The notes under the pieces: model-generated
Told to the model about the DNA's origin: nothing
Database searches by the model: none
What the model saw: the letters and a program-made list of their open reading frames with translations, nothing else
In this document: in pieces, positions 9,936 to 18,232 of the stretch
Layout of the letters: every line of letters begins with the position of its first letter
Position numbering within the stretch: the stretch's first letter is position 1
NCBI GenBank assembly: GCA_041649675.1
Contig: JBAZMQ010000005.1
Location: 9,635-73,634, forward strand
DNA: 64,000 nt
Direction: 5' to 3'
DNA from: Patescibacteria group bacterium
GTDB taxonomy: Bacteria; Patescibacteriota; Patescibacteriia; Buchananbacterales; UBA6539
Program-made: the position numbers and the translations under genes

Positions 9936-10535
9936 ATGGAGGATTCTCCTATGGGTAAAATGTTGCTACGATGCGGACCTGCCATCGCGTTTTTGATGGT
10001 AATAACGGCCGCGATAATGATGACGATTCAAGCTCAGGCGCTCCCGGCCACGACGCCTTCGTGCCAGGACGCGATTTCCGCCATGACGCCCCAGAACGTG
10101 GCGTCCATTCAGACCGCCGTGACGACCGAGAAAGCCTTGTCGTCCGGGGCCATTCAGTCGAGCGCCGCGTTGATCCAACTTATTAAAGGAACCGAGATCG
10201 GGATCAACGCCGCACAGGAAACCGGGATCATGAAGCAGACAGCCGCCACCGCCACCGCAGGAAGTACCATGGTGAGCAAAACGGCGATCGCAGATGCGGC
10301 GATTTCTCAGGCGTTTTTGAAGGCACCTATAGACGCCACCGTGAAAGAAAGTACCATGGTGATGAAGACGGAAATCGCCGGCGCGGTTACCTCTCCGGCG
10401 TATCATCTTCTGGCTCTGTCAGCGGGCGCGCAGGACATTACCGGCACGGGTACGGCGATGGCAAAATCGGTGATGAAGACGCCGATTATCTCCGATACAG
10501 CGACGCCGGCTATCGCGTTTGCACTTGCCACCTGA
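9936..10535 (+). CDS. Secreted Ala/Thr-rich repeat protein encoded in a GC-rich island
   Basis: Signal peptide with an AQA-LP cleavage site. Internal repeats TMV(S/M)KT(A/E)IA. GC3 is high and local GC is about 58%. An SD GGAGGA precedes the ATG at 9951. The antisense ORFs look like GC artefacts. Confidence 0.5.
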   Translation: MEDSPMGKMLLRCGPAIAFLMVITAAIMMTIQAQALPATTPSCQDAISAMTPQNVASIQTAVTTEKALSSGAIQSSAALIQLIKGTEIGINAAQETGIMKQTAATATAGSTMVSKTAIADAAISQAFLKAPIDATVKESTMVMKTEIAGAVTSPAYHLLALSAGAQDITGTGTAMAKSVMKTPIISDTATPAIAFALAT

Positions 10536-10647
10536 CCTGCTGCGTCAGGGCGCAGTAAGTGCCCCGATCTTTTTAATGTCACCAGGCTCTGGTAAATGGG
10601 TCCAAAAGATCCACTCCTGAGGCCGGTGGCTTCAATTAAAATTTTAT

Positions 10648-10722
10648 CCCCGCGGGCTTAAAAGCTAGTTTAACAGGAAACACGGATGTTTCTAGAAACC
10701 AGTTTTTCCGCGGGTTTTTTTA
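10648..10722 (+). terminator. Complex rho-independent terminator
   Basis: Outer stem CCCGCGGG...CCGCGGG, inner hairpin GAAACA-cgga-TGTTTC, then T7. Confidence 0.55.
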
Positions 10723-10887
10723 CTAATTTTTTTGGCCAACTAGCCGATTCTTTATACTTAATTTAAAATTAGAATTTTATGGCTTTTTTTGCTATTGACT
10801 TTTCATATTTTATGTACTAAAGTATAATGTTGTCAAAAGGCAGTATCAATTGAAAACAATCTTCGCCATCATTGGCGTAAGGAGGGA

Positions 10888-11562
10888 ATGGATATGATTA
10901 GAATTCCAATGATTGCAGTGACTTGTCCGCACTGTGGCGATAAAGGTAACGTACCTTTGCCAAAGGCTGGAATGATTCCGGTAGGCAAATGTCCCAGATG
11001 TAGCAAAGTAATTGCCATCTTTTTGAACCAAATAGTACTCCTGGACCAAAAAATCCTTAGCTGCACACCAATTGACCAGGCCAGGGATATTTACCGGGTT
11101 TTAACCCGGTTTCTCTACCAGCGATGCCAGGAACTGGCTTTCACTCGGGCGCGGCATGCCGAGAAAAGTCGAATGATTACAGTGACTTGCTCGCACTGTG
11201 GCGAAAAACTTATGGTACCTTTGCCAAAGGCTGGGATGATTCCGGTGTATGAATGCCCGGAATGTCATGAAGTAATTATCATCTTTCTAAACCAAGCAGT
11301 CCGCCTGGACAAAAAAATCCTTAAGCTGTCAACATCCGACCAAGCTCATAACATTTACCAAGTCTTAAGCCGATTTCTCTACCAGCGATGTGAGCAATTG
11401 CCTTTTGGCCAGGTATTACACCCAACCCAACCAGGAATGCCTCTTTGCCAAAACGAAGGGCCGTTAAAGGGGCCAATCAGCCAATGTGAGGTTGATGCTT
11501 TCCTTGGTACTGATCTAATACTCATTGACAACAAAGAGTATTTCAAATCGGTCTTTGGTTAA
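10888..11562 (+). CDS. Protein with two internally duplicated zinc-ribbon modules, function unknown
   Basis: Two modules of about 105 aa at more than 60% identity, each with CxHCG...CPxC. Strong SD AAGGAGGG. Elevated GC. Terminator at 11573-11612. Confidence 0.6.
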   Translation: MDMIRIPMIAVTCPHCGDKGNVPLPKAGMIPVGKCPRCSKVIAIFLNQIVLLDQKILSCTPIDQARDIYRVLTRFLYQRCQELAFTRARHAEKSRMITVTCSHCGEKLMVPLPKAGMIPVYECPECHEVIIIFLNQAVRLDKKILKLSTSDQAHNIYQVLSRFLYQRCEQLPFGQVLHPTQPGMPLCQNEGPLKGPISQCEVDAFLGTDLILIDNKEYFKSVFG

Positions 11563-11572
11563 AAACAAACAC

Positions 11573-11612
11573 CCCTAGCAGAATCTCTATTTTGCTGGGG
11601 TTCTTTTTTTGT
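11573..11612 (+). terminator. Rho-independent terminator
   Basis: cccctagcag...tgctgggg followed by a T-run. Confidence 0.6.
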
Positions 11613-11647
11613 TTGTTTTTTTACTTTACCTAAGCTAAAATATAGAT

Positions 11648-13120
11648 ATGAACATTTTTGGCAAATTAAGCAAAATCACAATTTCATTTTTAATCTTAGC
11701 TGAACTCTTTTCGCTAATTGCTTATCTCTTACCGCCACTGAATCAAGTGGCTTTTTTTGCGATTTTAGGTGTGGCTTTGGTTTTGGTTTTATTAAAACAG
11801 GAATATGGCCTGTACTTAATCTTAGCCGAACTTTTTATTGGCGGGTTTGGCCATCTTTTTAGTTTTAGTGTTTATGATTTTTCTATTTCAATTCGGATGG
11901 CTTTATTTGCCCTAGTTTTATCAGTTTGGTTAATTAGACAAATTTTAAATTTTAAACTTTCAATCCCAAAAATCCCGATTCTTTATTATTTATTTTTCTT
12001 AATTCTGATTGGTGGCGTAATTAATGGTTTATGGCATAATGCCTTAACTGCTGTTTTTTTTGATGCCAACGCCTGGGTTTACTTTATTTTAATCTTTATC
12101 TTTTTTGATCTGATTAAAAATAAAGAAATTGTTGATGATATTTTGCAAATTTTGGTTGGTTCAACTGCTTACCTAGCCTTAAAAACAATTGGCATTCTAA
12201 TTCTTTTCGCCCAAGGCATTACCGGCATCGGCGGTTTTTTTTACAAATGGTTACGAGACAGCGGGGCAGGGGAAGTTACTTATGTTTCCGGGTCAATTTT
12301 TCGAGTCTTTTTGCAATCACAAATCTATTGCCTAATTGGCTTGGCGATTGTCTTAGTAATTCTCTTGGCGGGCTACAAAAAATTTGATAAAAAAGTTTTG
12401 GTTTTTACCATTGGCTATCTTTATCTAACCAGCCTGGCTCTGATTATTAGCCAATCCCGAAGCTACTGGGTGGGCGCCGTGGCGGCTTTATTTTTGATTT
12501 TAATCTTTAGCTGGTGGCAATTTGGATTTAGAATTAAAAAAACAATAACTTTAGTAGCGGTTTTGGTCATCATGGTATTATCCCAATTATTGCTGATTCA
12601 AATTATGACTGGCAATTTTACCGGCAACATTATTGCTAATCGGTTTGGCAATTTAAAAAGTGAACCAGCCGGCATCAGCCGTTTAAACCAGCTGCCGCCA
12701 TTGCTTTTCAATATTGAGCAGCAGGCAATTTTTGGCTATGGTTTTGGCAAACAATTAACTTACGTTAGTCAAGACCCACGGATTGTAAAAAATCACCCTG
12801 GCGGCATTTACACAACCTATGCTTTTGAATGGGGTTATTTGGATATTGCCTTAAAAGTTGGGGTGATAGGATTATTAGTCTATCTGGCCCTAATAGTTCA
12901 AATGTTTTATCAAGAATTTAGAAGAATTAGGAATTATGAATTAAGAATTATGAATAATAAAGAATTCCAAATTCCAAATTCCTACTTCCTAATTCCTGGA
13001 TTATTAGCTGGACTGTTGGCCCTGGGCGTGACTAACATTTTCTCACCTTATTTAAATCATCCCTTAGGCATTACTTACTTATTGTTAGCCTCGGTAATTA
13101 TTAATCAATATGACCGTTAA
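11648..13120 (+). CDS. O-antigen ligase / Wzy_C-family membrane protein
   Basis: A 490-aa polytopic protein with the SQSRSYWVGAVAALFLI Wzy_C-like loop. A palindromic repeat-derived segment is in frame near the C-terminus. Confidence 0.7.
   Translation: MNIFGKLSKITISFLILAELFSLIAYLLPPLNQVAFFAILGVALVLVLLKQEYGLYLILAELFIGGFGHLFSFSVYDFSISIRMALFALVLSVWLIRQILNFKLSIPKIPILYYLFFLILIGGVINGLWHNALTAVFFDANAWVYFILIFIFFDLIKNKEIVDDILQILVGSTAYLALKTIGILILFAQGITGIGGFFYKWLRDSGAGEVTYVSGSIFRVFLQSQIYCLIGLAIVLVILLAGYKKFDKKVLVFTIGYLYLTSLALIISQSRSYWVGAVAALFLILIFSWWQFGFRIKKTITLVAVLVIMVLSQLLLIQIMTGNFTGNIIANRFGNLKSEPAGISRLNQLPPLLFNIEQQAIFGYGFGKQLTYVSQDPRIVKNHPGGIYTTYAFEWGYLDIALKVGVIGLLVYLALIVQMFYQEFRRIRNYELRIMNNKEFQIPNSYFLIPGLLAGLLALGVTNIFSPYLNHPLGITYLLLASVIINQYDR
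12918..12995 (+). repeat. Imperfect palindrome rich in aattc/gaatt motifs, in frame inside the O-antigen-ligase CDS
   Basis: ggaattatgaattaagaattatgaata...attccaaattccaaattcctacttcctaattcc. It encodes RIRNYELRIMNNKEFQIPNSYFLIPG. Confidence 0.6.
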
Positions 13121-13652
13121 AATAACCTATTTTGTTCACGGCACCACCACTGACAATGAAAAAGATTTAGCCAGCGGCTGGGCTGACCCAAAACTTTCTC
13201 CTCTCGGAATTAATCAGGCAAAAGAGCTTGGTAAGCTAGTGGCGGCTAAAAAATTTGCCGCGGTTTTTTGTTCTGATTTACAGCGAGCAATTGATTCGGC
13301 CAATTTAGCTTTTGGTCAGAATTATACCGTTATGGTGGACAAAAGATTAAGAGAAATAAATTATGGCGACTGGAATCAAAAACCCCATGATTTTAAAAAT
13401 AATTTGACAGATTATATTAATAAACCTTTTGCCAACGGCGAAAGTTATTTGGCGGTCCAAAATCGAATTGCTGACTTCTTAAAATTTCTAAACACTAAAT
13501 ACTTTGGCCAAAATGTAGCCATCGTTGCTCATCAAGCACCCCAGCTAGCTTTAGAAGTTTTGCTTAATAAAAAAACCTGGGAACAAGCTATTGCCACTGG
13601 TTGGCGAAACAAGAACGCTTGGCAACCAGGCTGGAAATATATTTTAGAATAA
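13110..13652 (+). CDS. Histidine phosphatase family protein (phosphoglycerate-mutase-like)
   Basis: An RHG-like N-terminus (ITYFVHGTTTDNE) and a C-terminal IVAHQAPQLA. Confidence 0.7.
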   Translation: MTVKITYFVHGTTTDNEKDLASGWADPKLSPLGINQAKELGKLVAAKKFAAVFCSDLQRAIDSANLAFGQNYTVMVDKRLREINYGDWNQKPHDFKNNLTDYINKPFANGESYLAVQNRIADFLKFLNTKYFGQNVAIVAHQAPQLALEVLLNKKTWEQAIATGWRNKNAWQPGWKYILE

Positions 13653-13656
13653 TTTT

Positions 13657-14172
13657 ATGGAAATTTTAGACATTGTCAATCTTAATGACCAAGTTATTGG
13701 CCAAGCGCCAAAACCAGAAATTTATCAGCAACTACTTTGTCATCGCATTGTTCACATTTTAATCTTTAATGACCAAGGCAAAATGGCCTTGCAGCTGCGA
13801 AGTGCCAAAGTGAATTTTTGTCCGCTTCATTGGTCAACTGCCGTTGGCGGCCATGTCCAAACTGGCGAAACCTATGAAACCGCCGGCCTGAGAGAATACG
13901 AAGAAGAGCTGGGCCAACAAAGTCAGTTGCAATTTTTAAGCAAAGATTTGTATCAGCTGCCAAACCGGCCGGCTAAATTTTTAGCAACCTTTACGACAAA
14001 ATTTAACGGACCGTTTAAACCTGATTTAGAAGTCGTTGAAAAAGTCAATTTTTTTACCCTAGCAGAAATCCAAAAAATGATTGCTAGCGGAGAAAAATTT
14101 CATCCGGAATTACTATTCATTTTAACCAAACATTTCTTGCAAAAATATGACCGTAAAAGTAATCCCTTTTGA
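13657..14172 (+). CDS. NUDIX hydrolase (IDI/Nudix fold)
   Basis: GGHVQTGETYETAGLREYEEELG Nudix box. Confidence 0.7.
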   Translation: MEILDIVNLNDQVIGQAPKPEIYQQLLCHRIVHILIFNDQGKMALQLRSAKVNFCPLHWSTAVGGHVQTGETYETAGLREYEEELGQQSQLQFLSKDLYQLPNRPAKFLATFTTKFNGPFKPDLEVVEKVNFFTLAEIQKMIASGEKFHPELLFILTKHFLQKYDRKSNPF

Positions 14173-14611
14173 AAATAAATATGCCATTAAAACCAGAAAA
14201 TTAATTATTAATATTCTTGAAAATGAATTTAATTTTTTAAAAATTAAAAGACCCGACCTTTGGCAAATAGCCAAAACTTACCAAACCGCTAAAGGAAATT
14301 TTTGGCTAGCGCTTGATACTTCAGATGTAGTTGGCACAATTGCTTTGCAAGATTGCGGTGATGGCCGAGGCTACCTAAGAAGAATGTATGTCAGAAAAGA
14401 ATACCGAAGCAAAGGCTTGGGTTCTAAATTATTATCAGTGGTCTTAAATTTTGCCAAAAATAATCATTACAAAAAAATTTATTTAGCTACGACTGACGCG
14501 ATGACCCAGGCAAACAAATTTTATTGTAAAAATGGTTTTAAAAAAATTAAACGCTTACCTAATGACATACCGGCCCCAGGCGACAGTATTTTTTACGAAA
14601 TTTTAATTTAG
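14147..14611 (+). CDS. GNAT-family N-acetyltransferase
   Basis: Acetyl-CoA binding motif RKEYRSKGLGSKLL. Confidence 0.8.
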   Translation: MTVKVIPFENKYAIKTRKLIINILENEFNFLKIKRPDLWQIAKTYQTAKGNFWLALDTSDVVGTIALQDCGDGRGYLRRMYVRKEYRSKGLGSKLLSVVLNFAKNNHYKKIYLATTDAMTQANKFYCKNGFKKIKRLPNDIPAPGDSIFYEILI

Positions 14612-14676
14612 ACACTAAAACAAATTTTAAACTATAAAAAAATCCATTAAACTTAATGGTATTTTTTATACTAAAT

Positions 14677-15621
14677 CTATTTTAAAATCTGGCCGACTAA
14701 ATCTTTTTGGCCGCGTAAAAAATCAGAGCCGGATAATTCTTTTTTGCCTGCCAACTGAAGCGAAAGCAACCCAATAGCACCCTGGCTGCATTTTGCTGCC
14801 AACTGACCATTGGGACCTAAAAATACCTCACCAGGTATCAAACTAGAGGCAAAATCACCCCCTAAAACGCTTAAATTTGCGATTTTAAGGCGTTTGCCGT
14901 CTAATTGAGCAAAGATACCGGGCCAGGGGTAAAAAGCCCTAAATTGCCGGCCTATTTGTTCAGCGGTTTGCTGCCAGTCAATCCGACCATCATTACGATC
15001 AATCATCTCTGTATAAGTGGCTAAATTTTCTGATTGACTCGCTGGACTGATCTTACCGGCTAAATAGTCAGGTAAAATTTCAACCAACAGTTCAGCACCA
15101 ATCTGGGCTAATTTTAAACTCAAGGTTTGGGCATTATCAGTAGGCAATAGAGGAACTTCCTTTTGACTAAAAATTGGTCCGGCATCAACTGCCTGGACTA
15201 ATTTAATTATTGAAACGCCAGTAACTTTATCACCATTCAAAATTGCTTGCTGAATTGGCGCTGAACCGCGATACTGTGGTAGTAAGGAAGGATGGATATT
15301 TAAAAATCCAAATTTTGGTTTGTTTAAGTACTCATCCGGAATAATCAAACCGTAAGCCGCCAAGATACATAAATCATAATCATTATCCGCAAATACTGCG
15401 GCAAAATCTTTTTTCTTCTGCGGCTGAAGCACGGCGATATTATTAGCCAAGGCAAACTCTTTAACCGGCGGGGGAGTTAACTGTTGTTTTCGGCCAACTG
15501 GCTTGTCCGGTTGAGTTACGACTAAAGCTGGCAAAAAATCATTTTTGATCAATGCTTGCAAAACCGGCACCGCAAATTCAGGCGTGCCCCAGAAAATAAT
15601 TTTTGGTTTGATTGGCGGCAT
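14677..15621 (-). CDS. fmt: Methionyl-tRNA formyltransferase
   Basis: N-terminus IIFWGTPEFAVPVL, motif HPSLLPQYRG, and C-terminal domain. Forms an operon with def. Confidence 0.9.
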   Translation of the reverse strand: MPPIKPKIIFWGTPEFAVPVLQALIKNDFLPALVVTQPDKPVGRKQQLTPPPVKEFALANNIAVLQPQKKKDFAAVFADNDYDLCILAAYGLIIPDEYLNKPKFGFLNIHPSLLPQYRGSAPIQQAILNGDKVTGVSIIKLVQAVDAGPIFSQKEVPLLPTDNAQTLSLKLAQIGAELLVEILPDYLAGKISPASQSENLATYTEMIDRNDGRIDWQQTAEQIGRQFRAFYPWPGIFAQLDGKRLKIANLSVLGGDFASSLIPGEVFLGPNGQLAAKCSQGAIGLLSLQLAGKKELSGSDFLRGQKDLVGQILK

Positions 15622-15626
15622 AAAAA

Positions 15627-16127
15627 TTATCGGCCTTGAGCCAACTTTTCTAATTTATCCTTACCATGAGTAATTTTTTTAGCTTTATCAATAAATAAAA
15701 CTCCATCCAAATGATCAACTTCGTGCTGAATCACCCGAGCAAACATTCCCTGGGCATCAAATCTTATTTTTTTCCCATTTTTATCTAGCGCCACAATTTT
15801 TATTTTTGATGATCTTTTAACTAAACCAAAAACTTCAGGCAAACTTAAACAACCTTCTTCTAACAATTCTTTTTTCCAAGATCTTTTTAAAATTTTTGGA
15901 TTAATCAAAAAAACTGTACCATCGGCGGTGTTAATTACCACTACCCGAATACTTTTGCCAACTTGCGGTGCGGCCAGGCCAACGCCGTCTCTTTCTTTCA
16001 TGGTTTTTTCCATATCTAAAAGAAGCTGCTTAATATCTTTATTTTGCAGCTGAAAAGTTTCCAACGCCTGCGCCTTTTGACGCAAAATCGGACAGGAGTA
16101 AATTTTTATGGGTAAAAGTTTAGCCAT
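15627..16127 (-). CDS. def: Peptide deformylase
   Basis: Motifs GVGLAAPQVG, EGCLSLP and QHEVDHLDG. Confidence 0.9.
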   Translation of the reverse strand: MAKLLPIKIYSCPILRQKAQALETFQLQNKDIKQLLLDMEKTMKERDGVGLAAPQVGKSIRVVVINTADGTVFLINPKILKRSWKKELLEEGCLSLPEVFGLVKRSSKIKIVALDKNGKKIRFDAQGMFARVIQHEVDHLDGVLFIDKAKKITHGKDKLEKLAQGR

Positions 16128-16167
16128 AAATTAATCTTACTCTTTAGTATAGCACATTTCCTTAAGA

Positions 16168-16356
16168 CTATAAATGTTTTTCTAGCTGCAAAATCTTTTT
16201 TTCCAAGCTCGCATACAGCACTTCATCTTGCTGGTAATAGGCTTGCAGCTGTAAAGTCAAACAATTTTTTAATTCTTCAATGATTGATTCTGAGTTTTGT
16301 TTCATTGGCATTTTGTTTTTATTTATTAAGGCAGTAAAAGTAAAATCTCCCAACAC
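16168..16356 (-). CDS. Hypothetical small protein
   Basis: ORF only. It lies upstream of def. Confidence 0.2.
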   Translation of the reverse strand: MLGDFTFTALINKNKMPMKQNSESIIEELKNCLTLQLQAYYQQDEVLYASLEKKILQLEKHL

Positions 16357-16511
16357 TTTTTGGGAGAAATTTAATTTTAAGTATTTATTATACCGTAATT
16401 AAATATCATGTCAAGGATATTTATGGGGATAACCAAAAAAATAAAACCTAATATCAGATTGGGTAATTAACTTTTTGATAATTAGCCAAAATTTTGCCAA
16501 GCCTTGGCTCA

Positions 16512-16540
16512 ATTGACTTTTGACCGCAAATTGCCTAAAA
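16512..16540 (+). promoter_or_regulatory. Sigma70-type promoter: TTGACT, 17-nt spacer, TAAAAT
   Basis: Direct sequence match upstream of the 16597 ORF. Confidence 0.5.
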
Positions 16541-16596
16541 TCACGGTGAGGTTAATTTGATCAAAATTTCAGTAACAACTGCTGGAGGAAACTACC

Positions 16597-16803
16597 ATGT
16601 CTTTTGAAAGTACTGCTGGTTCCATCGTCTTTGGCATAGCAATAAGCCCGCTGATACTCATAGGGTATCTATTGGTCGGGATAATAGCTTCAATCTTCAA
16701 AGGGCTTTGGCGCTGGCACCGAATTACGGCAATGACCGATAGTTTTGACCAACCGATAGGAGAACCCGGACTAAAAGCCTTCTTCAAGGATGCCGCGATT
16801 TGA
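16597..16803 (+). CDS. Small membrane protein (68 aa) ending at an in-frame TGA. The frame stays open for 58 more codons to 16980.
   Basis: Strong SD CTGGAGGAA. One TM helix before the TGA and a second (ALFFLALYAVGIGWIIDKICLVFI) after it. Terminator at 16995-17035. Confidence 0.5.
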   Translation: MSFESTAGSIVFGIAISPLILIGYLLVGIIASIFKGLWRWHRITAMTDSFDQPIGEPGLKAFFKDAAI

Positions 16804-16994
16804 CCCCATTGGCTGCTTAAGCCGATTAAACTGCACTTAAAAGCGCTATTCTTCCTGGCTCTCTATGCAGTCGGAATCGGCTGGATAATTGACAAAATCT
16901 GTTTGGTTTTTATCAACATCAGAGCCGAAGAATTTCCTCACCCACCACCGCCAGATTATCCAAACCGTATGGAAATGTAAAAGATCTTTGGCCC

Positions 16995-17035
16995 GATTCA
17001 CTTGGTTTACCAAACCTTAGTGAATCTCTTTTTTT
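16995..17035 (+). terminator. Rho-independent terminator
   Basis: gattcac...gtgaatc followed by T7. Confidence 0.55.
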
Positions 17036-17066
17036 ATCAATAAAAAATTGTTATAATTCTAATGTT

Positions 17067-17339
17067 ATGAATACTCCCAATATCAACACTGGCCCACAAA
17101 ATTTTAAAGAAATTCTGCAGCAAAAAAAGACGATTAAACCGCCGGCTTATCCCTGGCAGGATTTTGCTTTAAAAATTATTGCTGAATTAAATATTCCGCC
17201 GCAAAAAAGAAACTCGGTTTTTAGAGTTTGTAAAACTAATTCTAAAGATTACATTGAAAAATGTCTAAACGACACTAAAGAGCTTTGCCAAACCGGGCAG
17301 CAGTGGAAATATTTCTTTAAAATAGTCAGCAAAAAATAA
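17067..17339 (+). CDS. Hypothetical protein
   Basis: A 90-aa ORF followed by a terminator hairpin at 17338-17378. Confidence 0.4.
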   Translation: MNTPNINTGPQNFKEILQQKKTIKPPAYPWQDFALKIIAELNIPPQKRNSVFRVCKTNSKDYIEKCLNDTKELCQTGQQWKYFFKIVSKK

Positions 17340-17378
17340 AACCGTAGGGATACATTGCAATGCGTCTCTACGGTTTTA
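17338..17378 (+). terminator. Rho-independent terminator
   Basis: aaaccgtaggga...tctctacggtttta. Confidence 0.6.
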
Positions 17379-17401
17379 TAATTATTCTCAAAAAATTTAT
17401 T

Positions 17402-18199
17402 TCAAATCAACTTAAAATTACACACCAAATAGCCAACACCAAACGGACCTTCGTAAGACAAAACTTCCGGGGTAATATTAAGTGATTCAATAATACCAAG
17501 TAAAGTAATAATTGAGCGTAAGCCGCATTCACCGGCGGCTTTAATTAATTCCGCATCAATGTTTAAGACACCGGAAAAATCTTTTTTCTGCAATAATTCA
17601 ATTAATTTCTGGTCAAACTCTTTGCCTTGGGGTGAATAACCACCGGGTGCATCTTTAGTCAACTTATGGGATAAATCGCCCGAAGCTAAAACCGCAAAAC
17701 GTTTATCAATTTTTGACAGCTGCCGGTGCAAAAACTGGCCAAAAGCAAAATGCTGCTTATAATCAAGGGTTGAATAAGTAATTGGAATAATTGGAATATT
17801 TTTTAAATGCTGAGTCAGAAAATAAAGGGGGATAGAAAAGCCATGATCAATTTCTGTTTCACTGGTCAAAACAATGGGGATAGTTTGGTTAGTTTCATCC
17901 GCGGCCCGAATTTTTTGAATGGCCAAATAATCACTTTTAAATTCCAGCTCTAAACCAAAATCACCAAACTCTTTAAAATTGGCTTTGTAATCAGCACTTA
18001 AATTAATATTAAAAGCATCTGGCAGAATTTTACCGTGGGGAGAGATAATCAAAATACTTTCCGGCTTAGAGGCATAAAAATCTTGTTCCAATTTTTCAAA
18101 TCCCTCTTGGGTTTTTTTTAATTTTTTTAAATTGTCTTTACCAATTTCGGGAATCAAAACCGGCGGGTGGGGAACACTAGCGGCAAAAACTATTGGCAT
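17402..18199 (-). CDS. MEMO1-family / AmmeMemoRadiSam system protein B-like (LigB-superfamily fold)
   Basis: VPHPP, ISPHG, LASGDLSH and AAGECG motifs parallel MEMO1 HAG, GPSH, SSDFCHWG and TICGRH. A radical SAM partner lies 1.5 kb upstream on the same strand. Confidence 0.55.
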   Translation of the reverse strand: MPIVFAASVPHPPVLIPEIGKDNLKKLKKTQEGFEKLEQDFYASKPESILIISPHGKILPDAFNINLSADYKANFKEFGDFGLELEFKSDYLAIQKIRAADETNQTIPIVLTSETEIDHGFSIPLYFLTQHLKNIPIIPITYSTLDYKQHFAFGQFLHRQLSKIDKRFAVLASGDLSHKLTKDAPGGYSPQGKEFDQKLIELLQKKDFSGVLNIDAELIKAAGECGLRSIITLLGIIESLNITPEVLSYEGPFGVGYLVCNFKLI

Positions 18200-18232
18200 A
18201 AATTAACTATTAAAAATTTAAAAACTTGTTGA

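Noticed and set aside
9966-10406. Long antisense ORF (146 aa) and other overlapping ORFs (9971-10186 +, 9772-9996 +) inside the GC-rich island
   Set aside because: High GC removes stop codons in all frames. Their products are Arg/Gly-rich low-complexity sequences with no SD. The +3 frame (9936) has GC3 bias and a signal peptide.
16801-16803. Genome-wide TGA recoding (code 25/4), as in some CPR lineages
   Set aside because: TGA terminates well-supported genes here. An ATGA overlap occurs at 7363-7366 and TGA ends the GT4 gene. Standard-code ORFs are full length.
16806-16821. tmRNA-tag-like PLAA* codons (ttggctgcttaa) right after the TGA
   Set aside because: There is no tRNA-like domain or pseudoknot context. 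The alternative frame is the one that stays open.
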